From assembly GCA_000434195.1 (NCBI GenBank), contig HF994458.1:57352-121351 (forward strand): a stretch of DNA of 64,000 bases, in the 5' to 3' direction. The position numbers were made by a program, and so were the translations under genes. Shown in pieces: positions 37,701 to 48,313 of the stretch. Every line of letters starts with the position of its first letter. Position 1 is the stretch's first letter. The stretch comes from Clostridium sp. CAG:780. GTDB lineage: Bacteria; Bacillota; Clostridia; TANB77; CAG-508. The notes under the pieces are model-generated. The model was not told the origin of the DNA, made no database searches, and worked only from the letters and a program-made list of their open reading frames with translations.

Positions 37701-39962
37701 GCCATCCATCAGCATTACGTCTGATACTAGTCCACATCTTAAATAATTTCCTTCTAACAAGTCGTGACTTAATACTGCATTTTCTCTTATCTCTCCTTCT
37801 AGTACTTTCGAAAAAGTGTTTACATCATATATTCCTTTTCCTGTGAATATTCCTTCATCAAAATTATCTTGATATGTGTTCGATATTACATTTGTATAAG
37901 AATCTGTTCCTCCTTCTCCTGCATATATCTGAGTAAATACACTCCTTCTGCTTTCTAATAATCCTATTCCGACTCTTGGTTGCATTAGTGCATGTCCTGA
38001 TATTACTAGGTCTTTGTTATCGTTTAGTACTGGTTTGTTTAGTATGTGAGCCATAGCTCCAACTAGTTTTAAAGCTGAATTTAATGTTAAATCTGTATCA
38101 GAATCTAGTGTAATTATATATTGTATATTTTTAAATTCTTCGATATTCTTAAAAGTACTTATTCTAAATGGATTTTCTATATTACCTAACAAGTATTCAT
38201 TAAATTGATTTAATAAGCCCCTTTTTCTTTCCCAGCCCATGTAACATTCTTCATTTGCATTCCATTTTCTTTTTCTATAAATAAAATTAAATTTTTCTCC
38301 ATATTTTTTATTCAGTTTTTCTGTTTCTTCTATTCCTGTTCTTATGACTTCTTCATCAAAGTTTTCAATTTCTTTACTTCCAGAACTACAATCCCCTAAA
38401 AGAGTAAAATATAGATTCTCACTTTTATTTGCAATGTAATAAACTTCGAGTTTTCCCATTAATTCTTTAACTTTTTCCTTGCTTTTTACTATTGTTGGGA
38501 CTACAACCATTGTTTTAAATTTTTCTGGAATCCCATTTTGAAAATCTAATTTTGGAATTAGTTTTGGCTTTACAATTTTGCTAAGGATGTATTGAGCAAT
38601 TTTTGATATTATATTTTCTATTGGTACAAGTATTATGCAGAATAAAATAGCTGACAATAATACTTTTAACCACCATTGATTATTCAGTATAAAATACATA
38701 TTTATACTGAATAACAAACTTATTACTACACTGCTTCCCCATATTGATTTTATATAAGTTTTAGCTTTTTCATAATTTGTTTTTATTTTTATCTTTTTGT
38801 CTAGTAAATTATTTAAAAGTTCTTCTTTTCCATCTGATATTAGATAATATCCAATATGTTTTTTCTTCTCGTTTTGTTCTTCTTTTTGTGCTAACTCTAA
38901 GCATTTTTTTGCTATATATATTTCAGATATTTTAGTCTTTTTAGATATTTCGGCTATTGCATTTCTGTAATATGTTTTTGTATCTCCATCCATTAATTGA
39001 TATTGACCAACTGGATCTTGTTTTAGTATATCTTCTACCCTATTTATTCTTTCAAAGATCTCTAAAAAGTTTATTCTCGACATTGTTTTTAGAGATATAA
39101 TACTGTTGCCTATTGATACCTTTTTTACCGCAATATCAAAGTGCTCCTTTTTTACTATCTCAGAAATATCTGAACCTGTTTTTGCTACTTCCTCTTCTAA
39201 TATGTTTAGATATGGATAAGCTTGGCTTCCATATTTTTTTAGCTTATATGACATATATTCTACAAATGCATTTTTCATTTGATTAGTTTTTATTTGCGAT
39301 ATTCTGTTTAATTGAAGTACTCTATTCTTCTTTTTCTCTTCATCAAAAAATTTTGCTAAAATGTTTTCTACTTTATATTTTTGAAGTTGCGACATATAAA
39401 TTGTTTCACATATCTCTCTTATGTTCTCAATCAATGCTATTTGAATAAATAATCCTATACTCCATATCTCATTCATACTAAGTGTTTTCTTGGTTTGGTA
39501 TGCTTTTAGCATTTCTTCTAAGTTCTCAGAATTTATCTTTCCATCAGTATACGCAACCATCTCTGTTGCTAACACATAAACTCTAGCAAAACCTTTATAC
39601 CTTCCATTTGCAAGCCCTAAAAAATTTGTATACTTTTTTAGGGTAAGTTCTTTAGATATGCTTTTTACAACTTCTTCTATAATATATAAATTATCTAAAA
39701 TCCATTCTCCTGCCGGATGTATTGGGATAGACTGTTTTATTTGTTCATTTAGCAGTTTATATACTTCTTTTATAACAAAAAAATTCTCCTTTAATCTTGG
39801 TAAAGGATAGGTTTCTTTACTAGATTTTTCTGTTAATATATGATCAGAAGCAATTTTTTCTAGATAATTTTCTAGTTGTGCTTTATCTAAAATTGCTCCT
39901 TTTATACTTAATCTCTTTTTTTCGTTCAAAAAAATCCACTCCTTGGTATATGTTTTACACAT
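31776..39962 (-). CDS. cyclic beta-1,2-glucan synthase-like giant protein (GT84 domain, TM segments, GH94 phosphorylase-like C-terminal domain)
   Basis: 2728 aa. GT part has TLDSDTD (near 38094-38110) and LSHDLLEG (37749-37772). C-terminal part has GFRDQLQD (33123-33146), HWWHEE and GDWNDG (32731-32748), typical of GH94. Multiple TM blocks. The start may be the TTG at 39929 behind AAGGAGTGG. Confidence 0.85.
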   Translation of the reverse strand: MCKTYTKEWIFLNEKKRLSIKGAILDKAQLENYLEKIASDHILTEKSSKETYPLPRLKENFFVIKEVYKLLNEQIKQSIPIHPAGEWILDNLYIIEEVVKSISKELTLKKYTNFLGLANGRYKGFARVYVLATEMVAYTDGKINSENLEEMLKAYQTKKTLSMNEIWSIGLFIQIALIENIREICETIYMSQLQKYKVENILAKFFDEEKKKNRVLQLNRISQIKTNQMKNAFVEYMSYKLKKYGSQAYPYLNILEEEVAKTGSDISEIVKKEHFDIAVKKVSIGNSIISLKTMSRINFLEIFERINRVEDILKQDPVGQYQLMDGDTKTYYRNAIAEISKKTKISEIYIAKKCLELAQKEEQNEKKKHIGYYLISDGKEELLNNLLDKKIKIKTNYEKAKTYIKSIWGSSVVISLLFSINMYFILNNQWWLKVLLSAILFCIILVPIENIISKIAQYILSKIVKPKLIPKLDFQNGIPEKFKTMVVVPTIVKSKEKVKELMGKLEVYYIANKSENLYFTLLGDCSSGSKEIENFDEEVIRTGIEETEKLNKKYGEKFNFIYRKRKWNANEECYMGWERKRGLLNQFNEYLLGNIENPFRISTFKNIEEFKNIQYIITLDSDTDLTLNSALKLVGAMAHILNKPVLNDNKDLVISGHALMQPRVGIGLLESRRSVFTQIYAGEGGTDSYTNVISNTYQDNFDEGIFTGKGIYDVNTFSKVLEGEIRENAVLSHDLLEGNYLRCGLVSDVMLMDGYPTNYLSFRTRLYRWIRGDFQILPWLKKTIINKKGERKNNPLGLLSKYKIFSNIVRSKVEFFALMTIIYSLILAKILKLELINFVLIGLITILIPVVIDVVNVIISRKEGIVKTKKFVKTIDGLRASLLRGILDFLLIPDKAYITTKAEIKTIYRMTKTKKYLLEWTTSEEAERTAKTDLISYYKEMRANSILAILGLIVYFCITITTPTFLVELIILILSLLWFIAPAIMFQISKKNEQIFAIEKLNKQEKDYIMDVGYKTWLYFKENLIQRGNYLPPDNYQEDRKPKVVMRTSPTNIGLALLAVMSSYDLKYENLEDTMELLYKMVNTISNLTKWNGHLYNWYNIETLEPLIPRYISSVDSGNFVGYLYVLKQFLLKEKEEIENSETISKINIMLENIKNIIEQTDFAKLYDQENRLFSIGFNVEDNQLTDSYYDLLASEARQTSLIAIAKKDISEKHWYNLSRTLTTLNGYKGLISWSGTSFEYLMPTVNIPQYSGSILDESCKFMIMSQLEYAKRLGIPWGISEAAFNLRDLNNNYQYKAFGIPWLGLKRGLSDEIVVSAYGSVLAINDSPKEVFNNLKVLEQEKMYDKYGFYEAIDFTPGRTKNGYTPVKTYMAHHQGLILLSINNLINKNIIQKRFMYNPEIQAVNILLQEKMPENMIITKEEKEKVEKIKYQDYENYTQRQYSKINENLNISNVIANDKYTIIMDQFGNGYSKYKNLQVNRYKETDEAQQGIMFYIKNIRNKNIWTNTYSTIGKKPDKYNLVFAPEMDKIIRVDESIETITKTIVDTDEPVEVRRLELKNTGAIEEILEITGFIEPIISDKMQDYAHKAFNNLFLSYEYIDSTNTILIKRKSHTASEQDIYMAVNLFAQNNTIGEVEYEIDKERFFGRCNYKVPKEVENSIPFSRKIGYTTDPIVAMKQTINIRPEETTYIDFIISVGEDRENVLKNVVRFMNNENTKRTFELLKAKSEAENRYLGLKGKDIEIYQQMLAYILFAPKVDIKKNQYNDNAQYPVSNLWKYGISGDLPILLVKIKDINDIDIIKEVLSAYEFFRVKNINIDLVILNEEKESYENYVRDAIQTAVLNKNLAYLLNIPGGIFCLENVDSKDKKLLEMRANLIINASYSSLEIQMKEIEHKILDNVKEVAYDSNKEISFENETDTEMILDEKELKYFNEYGGFAKDGKEYQIKVSSNDTLPTVWSHIITNGKFGTLTTENMGGYTWNKNSKLNRITAWSNDQVTDTPSEIIYIKDKDTNKKWSVGYNPMHDENEYYAIYGFGYAKYIHTSSRIKQTVDIFVPKEDNVKINLLTLENKNPQRKNLKLVYYIKPVLGEDEIKTNKYLYTNFNTASNTIFLRNVMNEKKEDSIFVTSSEKIKSYTGSKSSFLKNLGISSPAGLDQIELSRENSFGKDSIMAIMIDVTIEAFSTKEISFVLGSAETKEEALDIAYKYSNIGNCKNEYVNIKRYWSDLVNRLQVNTPMESTNILLNGWLIYQTICARLYGRTGFYQSGGAYGFRDQLQDTMAVKYIEPEIARKQILKSARHQFIEGDVEHWWHEETSRGIRTRISDDLLWLAYVTEDYISFTNDYQILDEEISYKEGRILAPEENERYDLYKDSQTKESLYMHCIRAIEKSLNFGEHGLPKIGTGDWNDGFSNVGSKGIGESVWLGFFLYEVLKKFIPVCKYKNDNERAEKYLAIMEKLKRILNTEGWDSRWYKRAFTDNGETLGSLQNEECKIDNISQSWATISEAGDNDKKYIAMESLENHLIDKEIGIIKLLDPPFEKSKLEPGYIKSYLPGTRENGGQYTHAATWTIIAQAMLNLNDKAYENFRMINPIEHSRTKEGSNRYKVEPYVIPADVYGQGNLAGRGGWTWYTGSSSWMYVAGIKYILGLNIKNEYLEILPHIPTKWEQYEIKYKYGNSLYNIKVINSNHKEIVTEQIEKMICNGEEIKEKKIKLNKNGGIYNIEVII

Positions 39963-39998
39963 ATTTTCTCCAAGAAGTGGAAAACTTATTCATTTCAT

Positions 39999-40715
39999 TT
40001 ATTCAAAATAACTCATAATTCCATTGTAAATTCCCCAAGCAAGTCTATCTTGATAGGCATCATCCTGTAAATTTTTCTCTTCCTCTGGATTCGATAAAAA
40101 TCCACATTCTACTATTGATATTGCTATTTCTACTTTTTTTACAATATATACATTGTCAATTTGAAGAGGTACTCTTTTATTTTCCTTTTGTATTGCTTCG
40201 TTTAAATTATTTTGTAAACAAGTCGCAAGTCTTTTGCTGTCTTCATTATTCTTTTTGTAAAATGTTTGCCATCCACTATATTGACTTTGTGGAATTTTGT
40301 TAAGATGTACACTAACAAATATGTCTGCTGATGATGTATTACCAATTTTTACTCTATTTTTTATATCCGAATTTTTCTTATCTCTTAATGTCTTTTTGTC
40401 CACATCATAAATTGCATTTTCGTCCGACCTTGTTAATATTACTTTTGCTCCACTTTGTTCTAATAAATTTTGTAATTTTAATACTATCTTTAGATTTATA
40501 TTTGATTCACTAATTCCATTACTGCTTACAGCTCCGCCATCTTCTCCTCCGTGTCCTGCATCCAATACTATTGTTTTTGAAGTTACTGGCATCGACATTG
40601 TTTCGATTGTCTGTTTTTTTATAGAATTATTACTCATTTGAAACATAAATATTCCAATTGGCAAAAATACTGCTGAAAATAAAAATATTACTCTTTTCTT
40701 ATTTATTATAAACAT
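39999..40715 (-). CDS. cwlD: N-acetylmuramoyl-L-alanine amidase, CwlD-like (Amidase_3)
   Basis: N-terminal TM, VLDAGHGGEDGGA, SVHLN and VECGFLSNPEE motifs. ATG at 40715. Confidence 0.8.
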   Translation of the reverse strand: MFIINKKRVIFLFSAVFLPIGIFMFQMSNNSIKKQTIETMSMPVTSKTIVLDAGHGGEDGGAVSSNGISESNINLKIVLKLQNLLEQSGAKVILTRSDENAIYDVDKKTLRDKKNSDIKNRVKIGNTSSADIFVSVHLNKIPQSQYSGWQTFYKKNNEDSKRLATCLQNNLNEAIQKENKRVPLQIDNVYIVKKVEIAISIVECGFLSNPEEEKNLQDDAYQDRLAWGIYNGIMSYFE

Positions 40716-40790
40716 AAAAAACCTCACATATTACACGTTTTCATTGTAAATATATGAGATTTTTTTCTTTTTATTCATGATTATTTGATT

Positions 40791-40822
40791 ATAAAAATAG
40801 AGCATATGTAAAATATGCCCTA
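40791..40822 (-). terminator. possible intrinsic terminator after rpoC
   Basis: Imperfect 9-10 bp stem TAGGGCATAT/ATATGCTCTA followed by TTTTT on the minus strand. Confidence 0.4.
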
Positions 40823-40832
40823 CTTTTTACGA

Positions 40833-43748
40833 TTAATTTTCGTCTGATATTATTATATCGTCTTCTGCTATTCCTTCTGGTGTTCCTATTACAGTATTTT
40901 CTGATGTCATGTTATTTATTGCTTCTGTTACTACTGTTTCTGGATTTTCTGGATTTATTTCAGGAGTTTCTTTTTTCTCTGTATTTATATGTACGTTTTT
41001 GTATCTCTTCATTCCTGTTCCAGCTGGAATTAGTTTACCTATAATAACATTTTCTTTTAATCCTATTAATTCGTCTGTTCTTCCTTTTATAGCAGCTTCT
41101 GTTAATACTCTTGTTGTTTCTTGGAATGATGCTGCTGATAAGAAGCTCTCTGTTGCAAGTGATGCTTTTGTAATACCTAGTAATACTCTCTTGCCTGTTG
41201 CAGGTCTTAATCCTTGTGCTTCTACTTCTTTGTTCTTATCTTCGAACTCATACATATCTACAAGTGATCCTGCAAACATATCTGTATCTCCATTATCTTC
41301 AACTCTAACCTTTTTAAGCATTTGTCTTCCAATAACTTCGATATGTTTGTCGTTTATATCAACACCTTGGTTTCTATAAACTTTTTGAACTTCTTGGATT
41401 AAGTATTCATACACACCTTCTGGTCCGTTAATAGCTAATACTTCTGCAGGGTTCTTAGAACCTTCTGTAATTTGATCTCCTGCTTCTAGGATATCTCCTT
41501 CTTTTACTTTTAGCTTAGAACCAAATGGTATTACATATGTTCTGCTATCATCTTTAGAAGTAATTATAACTTCTTTTCTCTTCTTTTCGTCTACTTTAAT
41601 TGATACAGTTCCTGCTATTTCTGTGATTATTGCAAGTCCCTTTGGTTTACGAGCTTCGAATAGCTCCTCAACTCTAGGAAGACCTTGTGTGATGTCTGCA
41701 ACACCAGCAACACCACCAGAGTGTATAGTTCTCATTGTAAGCTGTGTACCAGGCTCACCTATTGATTGAGCTGCTATTATACCTACAGTATCTCCTATAT
41801 CAACTTCTTTTCTACTTGCTAGTCCCATACCATAGCATTTACAACAAACACCATGTTTTGTTCTACATCTAAATACACTTCTAACAGTAACTCTTGTTAT
41901 TCCTGCTGCCACTATCTTATCTGCTAAGTCTTCCGTGATAAGTGTGTTTGTATCAACTATTACTTCCTTGGTATTTGGATCTATTACATCATGTAATGGA
42001 TATCTTCCAAGTAGTCGTTCTTGTATTTTTTCTATTATTTGATTTCCGTCTTTTATATCAAATACTTCAACACCTTCTGTTGTTCCACAGTCATCTTCTC
42101 TTACGATAATATCTTGTGAAACGTCAACAAGTCTTCTTGTTAAGTATCCAGAGTCTGCTGTTCTTAAAGCTGTATCAGAAAGTCCTTTACGAGCTCCATG
42201 GGCTGATATAAAGTACTCTAATGCGTCTAGTCCCTCTCTGAATGATGATTTGATTGGTATCTCTACTGTTTTACCTGTTGTACTTGCCATAAGTCCACGC
42301 ATACCAGCGATTTGCTTTAACTGGTCTAAGTTACCTCTGGCTCCAGAGTCAGACATCATGAACATTGGGTTTTCTTTGTCGAAGTTTTTCTTCATTGCTT
42401 CTTTTACATCATCAGTTGCTTTTTCCCATATTTTAATTACTTGGCTATATCTTTCCTCGTCAGTAATTAAACCACGTTTATATTGTTTTAATACATTATC
42501 AACTTGTGCTTGAGAATCTGCAAGGATTGCTTTCTTCTCAGGTGGTACTTGAACATCTGCTACTGAAACTGTTACAGCTCCTAATGTAGAGTATTTGTAA
42601 CCTGTTGCCTTGATGTAGTCTAGAAGTTCTGCTGTTCTATTTAGTCCATGTACACTAATACATTTTCCAATTATTTTTCCTAGATTTTTCTTTGATACAA
42701 CAAATCCAATTTCATATTCGAATTCGTTTTCTGGATTGCTTCTATCCACAAATCCTAAATCTTGTGGAATTCCTGTATTGAATATTATTCTTCCTACTGT
42801 TGTTGCTATCTTTTTATGTACTTCTACACCATCAACGACTTTTGATCTTCTAACAAATATTTTTGAGTGCATTGTTATGTCGCCATTTGCAAGTGACATT
42901 ATAGCTTCTTCTGGAGATGAGAAATATGTTCCTTCTCCTGGTTCTCCATCAACATCCATTGTTAAGTAGTAACTTCCTAAAATCATATCTTGTGTAGGTG
43001 TTGTTACTGGTTTACCATCTTGTGGTTTTAATAGGTTGTTTTCTGAAAGCATTAAATATCTTGCTTCTGCTTGTGCTTCTGGTGATAATGGTAAATGTAT
43101 AGCCATTTGGTCACCGTCGAAGTCAGCATTGAATGCTGTACAAACTAATGGGTGTAATTTTATTGCTCTACCTTCTACTAAAACTGGCTCAAATGCTTGT
43201 ATACCTAGTCTATGTAGTGTAGGTGCACGGTTTAAAAGAACTGGGTGGTCTTTTATAACCTCATCTAATATATCCCATACTTCTGGACGTAATCTTTCTA
43301 CCATTCTCTTTGCATTTTTGATATTGTGTGCTATTCCACGACCAACTAACTCTTTCATTACAAATGGTTTGAATAGCTCTACTGCCATTTCTTTTGGCAC
43401 ACCGCATTGATAGATTTTTAGCTCTGGTCCAACAACTATAACTGAACGTCCTGAATAGTCAACACGTTTTCCTAGTAAGTTTTGTCTAAATCTTCCTTGC
43501 TTTCCTTTAAGCATATCTGATAAAGATTTTAATGGTCTGTTTCCAGCTCCTGTTACTGGTCTTCCACGTCTGCCATTATCTATTAGTGCATCTACTGATT
43601 CTTGAAGCATTCTCTTTTCGTTTCTAACGATTATTTCTGGAGCTCCAAGTTCTAGTAATCTCTTTAATCTGTTATTTCTGTTTATAACTCTTCTGTATAA
43701 ATCATTTAAGTCTGATGTTGCAAATCTTCCACCATCTAATTGTACCAT
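40833..43748 (-). CDS. rpoC: DNA-directed RNA polymerase subunit beta-prime, C-terminal 971-aa part (frame interrupted upstream by the 89-bp duplication)
   Basis: NADFDGDQM active site, trigger-loop and bridge-helix regions. It starts with [18 protein letters not shown], which duplicates the end of the upstream fragment. Confidence 0.9.
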   Translation of the reverse strand: MVQLDGGRFATSDLNDLYRRVINRNNRLKRLLELGAPEIIVRNEKRMLQESVDALIDNGRRGRPVTGAGNRPLKSLSDMLKGKQGRFRQNLLGKRVDYSGRSVIVVGPELKIYQCGVPKEMAVELFKPFVMKELVGRGIAHNIKNAKRMVERLRPEVWDILDEVIKDHPVLLNRAPTLHRLGIQAFEPVLVEGRAIKLHPLVCTAFNADFDGDQMAIHLPLSPEAQAEARYLMLSENNLLKPQDGKPVTTPTQDMILGSYYLTMDVDGEPGEGTYFSSPEEAIMSLANGDITMHSKIFVRRSKVVDGVEVHKKIATTVGRIIFNTGIPQDLGFVDRSNPENEFEYEIGFVVSKKNLGKIIGKCISVHGLNRTAELLDYIKATGYKYSTLGAVTVSVADVQVPPEKKAILADSQAQVDNVLKQYKRGLITDEERYSQVIKIWEKATDDVKEAMKKNFDKENPMFMMSDSGARGNLDQLKQIAGMRGLMASTTGKTVEIPIKSSFREGLDALEYFISAHGARKGLSDTALRTADSGYLTRRLVDVSQDIIVREDDCGTTEGVEVFDIKDGNQIIEKIQERLLGRYPLHDVIDPNTKEVIVDTNTLITEDLADKIVAAGITRVTVRSVFRCRTKHGVCCKCYGMGLASRKEVDIGDTVGIIAAQSIGEPGTQLTMRTIHSGGVAGVADITQGLPRVEELFEARKPKGLAIITEIAGTVSIKVDEKKRKEVIITSKDDSRTYVIPFGSKLKVKEGDILEAGDQITEGSKNPAEVLAINGPEGVYEYLIQEVQKVYRNQGVDINDKHIEVIGRQMLKKVRVEDNGDTDMFAGSLVDMYEFEDKNKEVEAQGLRPATGKRVLLGITKASLATESFLSAASFQETTRVLTEAAIKGRTDELIGLKENVIIGKLIPAGTGMKRYKNVHINTEKKETPEINPENPETVVTEAINNMTSENTVIGTPEGIAEDDIIISDEN

Positions 43749-43872
43749 TGGTCTTAAATCTGGTGGTATAACTGGTACTACTTATATAAATCGTTTAAGT
43801 CTGATGTTGCAAATCTTCCACCGTCTAATTGAACCATTGGTCTTAAATCTGGTGGTATAACTGGTACTACTT
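43694..43872. repeat. imperfect direct tandem duplication inside rpoC (2 x 89 bp)
   Basis: 43694-43783 aligns with 43783-43872, 86 of 90 positions identical. The period of 89 bp is not a multiple of 3. Confidence 0.95.
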
Positions 43873-44560
43873 GCATTATCATCCATTCAGGTCTATTTCC
43901 TGATAATCTAAATGATTCTACTGTATCTAGTCTTTTTACTATTTTTGCCTTTTTTTGTTCACTAGCTTTTTCTAGCTCTTTTTTCAATTTTTCTGATAAT
44001 TTGTCTAAATCTATTTCTGATAGAAGTTTTCTTATTGGCTCTGCTCCCATCTCTGCTTTAAAAGAATCTCTTCCGAATTTTTCAACAGCTTCTGTATATT
44101 CTCTCTCATTTAATACTTGAGCTTTTGATAATGTTGAAGTTCCTTTGTCTGTTACGATGTATGAAGCAAAGTATATAACTTTTTCTAAAGCTTTTGGAGA
44201 TACGTCTAACATTAAAGCAACTCTGCTTGGTATTCCTTTGAAATACCAAATGTGAGCTACTGGGGCAGCAAGCTCTATGTGCCCCATTCTCTCTCTTCTA
44301 ACTTTAGCTTTTGTAACTTCAACCCCACATCTGTCACAAACTATTCCTTTATATCTTACCCTTTTATATTTACCACAATGACATTCCCAATCTTTTGTTG
44401 GACCAAATATTTTTTCACAAAATAGTCCATCTTTTTCTGGTTTTAGTGTTCTGTAGTTAATAGTTTCTGGTTTCTTAACTTCTCCATGTGACCATTCTCT
44501 TATTTGCTCATCAGATGCAATGCCAATTTTCATTTTATCAAAGTTTTCTAATTCATCCAC
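43778..44560 (-). CDS. rpoC: DNA-directed RNA polymerase subunit beta-prime, N-terminal 260-aa part (ends at a TAG created by the duplication junction)
   Basis: Zinc-binding CHCGKYK...CDRCGVEV and the clamp N-terminus. Ends ...[12 protein letters not shown]. Confidence 0.9.
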   Translation of the reverse strand: MDELENFDKMKIGIASDEQIREWSHGEVKKPETINYRTLKPEKDGLFCEKIFGPTKDWECHCGKYKRVRYKGIVCDRCGVEVTKAKVRRERMGHIELAAPVAHIWYFKGIPSRVALMLDVSPKALEKVIYFASYIVTDKGTSTLSKAQVLNEREYTEAVEKFGRDSFKAEMGAEPIRKLLSEIDLDKLSEKLKKELEKASEQKKAKIVKRLDTVESFRLSGNRPEWMIMQVVPVIPPDLRPMVQLDGGRFATSDLNDLYK

Positions 44561-44590
44561 TATTTTTGCCCCCTTGAATTATACTTTTTA

Positions 44591-47500
44591 TTAATTTTCG
44601 TCATCAAATACGTCTTCATCTCTTAACATACTATCATCTTCTAATAGCATATCTTCGTTGATGTTATCCATATCATCATCATATAAAGCGTCATTTTCAG
44701 CTTCCTCTTCCTCTGTGTAGCCGTCAGAAAGTTCATCTTCATCAATTACACTATCTTCATTAAATGATTTGTTCTCTATGTTGCTGAAACTTACAGCATC
44801 TTCTATGTCTTCTTTTAATTGTATTTCTTTATCGTCTTGAGTATATAATTTAATGTCTAGTCCTAATGATTGAAGTTCTTTTACTAATACTTTAAATCCT
44901 TCTGGAACCCCTGGCTCTGGTACGTTTTCACCTTTAACTATTGCTTCATATGTTTTAACACGTCCTACGACATCGTCTGACTTAACTGTTAACATTTCTT
45001 GTAATGAGTATGCAGCACCATAAGCTTCTAATGCCCAAACTTCCATTTCTCCGAAACGTTGTCCACCAAATTGAGCTTTACCTCCTAGAGGTTGTTGTGT
45101 TACTAGTGAATATGGTCCTGTTGAACGAGCATGTATTTTATCATCTACTAAGTGATGTAGTTTCATCATGTACATTACACCAACTGTAATTGGTTTAATG
45201 AATTTTTCACCAGTTCTACCATCATATAAGTCTGTTTTACCATCTCTACGTAGTCCTGCTTCTTCTAGTAGGTCTTCTATTTCATAGTCTTTTGCACCAT
45301 CAAATACTGGTGTTGCAACCTTCCATCCTAACGCTCTTGCAGCCATTCCTAAATGTACTTCAAGAACCTGTCCTAAGTTCATACGAGAAGGTATACCCAT
45401 TGGGTTTAGAACTATGTCTACTGGTGTTCCATCTGGTAAGAATGGCATATCTTCTTCTGGTAATATTCTTGAAATAACACCTTTGTTACCATGACGTCCA
45501 GCCATTTTATCACCAACTGATATTTTTCTCTTTGTTGCTATATAACATCTAATTACTTGATTTACTCCAGGAGCTAGTTCTTCTGAATTTTCTCTTGTAA
45601 ATACTTTAATATCTACTATTGTTCCAGCTTCTCCGTGTGGTACACGAAGTGATGTGTCTCTAACTTCTCTAGATTTTTCTCCAAATATTGCACGAAGTAA
45701 TCTTTCTTCTGCAGTTAATTCTGTTTCTCCTTTTGGAGTAACTTTACCAACTAAAATATCTCCAGGTCTAACTTCTGCACCTATTCTGATAATTCCATTT
45801 TCGTCTAAGTCTTTTAATACGTCGTCTCCAACGTTTGGAATATCTCTTGTTATTTCCTCTGGTCCTAATTTTGTATCACGACATTCGCAATCGTATTCTT
45901 CTATATGAATAGATGTATATACATCCTCTTTAACTAGTCTTTCAGAAATTAATACAGCATCCTCGTAGTTGTATCCTTCCCAAGTTGAGAAAGCTATAAG
46001 AACGTTTCTTCCAAGTGCCATTTCTCCATTTTGTGTAGAAGGTCCATCAGCTAGAATATCTCCTGCTTTTACTACTTCTCCTCTTTGAACAACTGGTCTT
46101 TGGTTGATACATGTTCCTCCGTTTGTTCTCTTGAATTTACGAAGTTTATATGTATCTAGTTCTTTCTTTTTATTTCTAACAATTATTTCATCTGCAGTAA
46201 CTTTTTCTACTACACCATCGTTTATAGCTGTAACTGTTATTTCTGAATCTCTGGCAGCCTTGTATTCCATTCCTGTTCCTACGATAGGAGATTCTGGAAT
46301 AAGTAGAGGAACTGCTTGTCTTTGCATGTTTGATCCCATTAGAGAACGCTTAACGTCATCATGCTCTAAGAAAGGAATCATCGCAGCTGCAACCGAAACT
46401 AATTGTTTTGGCGAAACGTCTACATAGTCAACTTCACTTGCGTCAACCTCTGTTATTTCTTCTTTATGTCTAACTTTTATTTTCTTATTTACAAATTTTC
46501 CATCTTTGTCGATTGGCTCTGAAGCTTGTGCGATAATATATTTATCTTCTTCATCAGCTGGCATATATTCTACTATATCTGTTAACTTGCCAGTTTCTTT
46601 ATCTACTTTTCTGTATGGCGTTTCAACAAATCCATATTCATCTATCATTGCGAATGATGAAAGTGCTGATATAAGTCCGATGTTTGGTCCTTCTGGTGAT
46701 TCAACTGGACATAATCTACCATAGTGAGTATAGTGAATATCACGAACTTCGAATCCTGCTCTTTCTCTTGAAAGACCACCAGGTCCTAATGCAGATATTC
46801 TTCTTTTATGTGTAAGCTCTGATAATGGGTTTGTTTGATCCATAAATTGTGATAATTGAGAACTTCCAAAGAATTCTCTTATTGAAGAGCTTATAGGTTT
46901 TGTATTAATTAATGTTTGTGGTGTTACTGAATCAAGGTCTTGGATTGTCATTCTTTCACGAACAACTCTCTCTAATCTTGTTAAACCAATTCTAAATTGA
47001 TTTTGTAACAATTCTCCAACGCATCTAATACGTCTATTTCCTAAGTGATCTATATCATCTACTTTTCCAATTCCATAGTCTAAGTTTAATAAATAGCTTA
47101 TAGATGCTATCATATCCTCAGTTGTTATTGTTAAAGGTACTAGTTCACTCTTTCTTTCTTGCAATACGTCATGTAATTTGTCTTCTGGAGTTGTATCTAA
47201 TATTGATTTTAATACATTATAGTTAACTCCTTCGTTGAAGTGTAAGTCTTTTAGGTCTACATTTGGTAACATTTTATAAATGTTTACTACACCATTTCCT
47301 ATAATTCTTACTTTTTCATCATTAACATTTACATCTACAATATTGATTCCAGAATCTTGTATTTCTTCTGCAATTTCTGCTGTGATTTTGTTTCCTTTTT
47401 CTACTAAAACTTCTCCAGTTTCAGGATTTACAATATCGTCATAAGCAACTTGTCCAGTAATTCTTGTTGCTAATTTTAGTTTTTTATTAAATTTGTATCT

Positions 47501-48313
47501 TCCTACTTTTGCTAGGTCATATCTTCTGTTATCGAAGAATAAACCATCGAATAAGTTTCTCGCAGCATCTGCTGTTGGAAGTTCCCCTGGTCTTAACTTT
47601 TTGTATATTTCTATTAATGCTTCTGATTGATTTTTGATTGGATCTTTTTCTAGTGTTGATTTAATTTTTGGATCATTAGCAAATAAATCCAATATTTGTT
47701 CATCAGTAACAAAACCTATACTTCTTAATAATGAAGTAACAGGTAGTTTTCTTGTTCTATCTACTCTTACATAGAACACGTCATTTCCATCTGTTTCATA
47801 TTCTAGCCATGCACCTCTTATTGGCATAACTGTTGATGTGTAAATTTTCTTTCCGATTTTGTCAAAATCTTGTGCATAATAGCAAGATGGCGAACGAACT
47901 AATTGGCTTACAATTACTCTCTCTGCACCATTGATAATAAATGTTGCACTGTCTGTCATTAGAGGAAAATCTCCTAAATAGATTTCTTGCTCTTTGATTT
48001 CGCCAGTTTCTTTGTTGATTAATCTTACTTTAACATGTAATCTTGAAGAATATGTAGCATCTCTCTCTTTTGCTTCTTCCATTGTGTACTTTGTTTTTTC
48101 TTCCATGTGGTAATCCAAGAATTCTAGAACTAGGTTTCCTGAATAGTCTACAATAGGAGATATGTCTTTTAATACTTCTCCTAGACCTTCTTCTATAAAC
48201 CAGTTGTAAGAATCTTTTTGTACTTGGATTAAATTTGGCATCTCGATAAAATCACCTATTTTTGAAAAGGTTTTTCTTGTGCATTTTTCGTGTTTTACTT
48301 CCTTTAGATTCAA
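44591..48313 (-). CDS. rpoB: DNA-directed RNA polymerase subunit beta
   Basis: 1240 aa with canonical conserved blocks ([31 protein letters not shown]). TTG start behind AGGTGAAAG. Acidic C-terminal tail. Confidence 0.97.
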   Translation of the reverse strand: MNLKEVKHEKCTRKTFSKIGDFIEMPNLIQVQKDSYNWFIEEGLGEVLKDISPIVDYSGNLVLEFLDYHMEEKTKYTMEEAKERDATYSSRLHVKVRLINKETGEIKEQEIYLGDFPLMTDSATFIINGAERVIVSQLVRSPSCYYAQDFDKIGKKIYTSTVMPIRGAWLEYETDGNDVFYVRVDRTRKLPVTSLLRSIGFVTDEQILDLFANDPKIKSTLEKDPIKNQSEALIEIYKKLRPGELPTADAARNLFDGLFFDNRRYDLAKVGRYKFNKKLKLATRITGQVAYDDIVNPETGEVLVEKGNKITAEIAEEIQDSGINIVDVNVNDEKVRIIGNGVVNIYKMLPNVDLKDLHFNEGVNYNVLKSILDTTPEDKLHDVLQERKSELVPLTITTEDMIASISYLLNLDYGIGKVDDIDHLGNRRIRCVGELLQNQFRIGLTRLERVVRERMTIQDLDSVTPQTLINTKPISSSIREFFGSSQLSQFMDQTNPLSELTHKRRISALGPGGLSRERAGFEVRDIHYTHYGRLCPVESPEGPNIGLISALSSFAMIDEYGFVETPYRKVDKETGKLTDIVEYMPADEEDKYIIAQASEPIDKDGKFVNKKIKVRHKEEITEVDASEVDYVDVSPKQLVSVAAAMIPFLEHDDVKRSLMGSNMQRQAVPLLIPESPIVGTGMEYKAARDSEITVTAINDGVVEKVTADEIIVRNKKKELDTYKLRKFKRTNGGTCINQRPVVQRGEVVKAGDILADGPSTQNGEMALGRNVLIAFSTWEGYNYEDAVLISERLVKEDVYTSIHIEEYDCECRDTKLGPEEITRDIPNVGDDVLKDLDENGIIRIGAEVRPGDILVGKVTPKGETELTAEERLLRAIFGEKSREVRDTSLRVPHGEAGTIVDIKVFTRENSEELAPGVNQVIRCYIATKRKISVGDKMAGRHGNKGVISRILPEEDMPFLPDGTPVDIVLNPMGIPSRMNLGQVLEVHLGMAARALGWKVATPVFDGAKDYEIEDLLEEAGLRRDGKTDLYDGRTGEKFIKPITVGVMYMMKLHHLVDDKIHARSTGPYSLVTQQPLGGKAQFGGQRFGEMEVWALEAYGAAYSLQEMLTVKSDDVVGRVKTYEAIVKGENVPEPGVPEGFKVLVKELQSLGLDIKLYTQDDKEIQLKEDIEDAVSFSNIENKSFNEDSVIDEDELSDGYTEEEEAENDALYDDDMDNINEDMLLEDDSMLRDEDVFDDEN

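Noticed and set aside
40833-44560. A natural rpoC split like the cyanobacterial or plastid rpoC1/rpoC2 arrangement.
   Set aside because: The break lies at about residue 245 rather than at the known split site. It is created by an out-of-frame 89-bp duplication, and 18 residues are encoded twice. That looks like a lesion or mis-join rather than an evolved split, and it is reported as a finding with that caveat.
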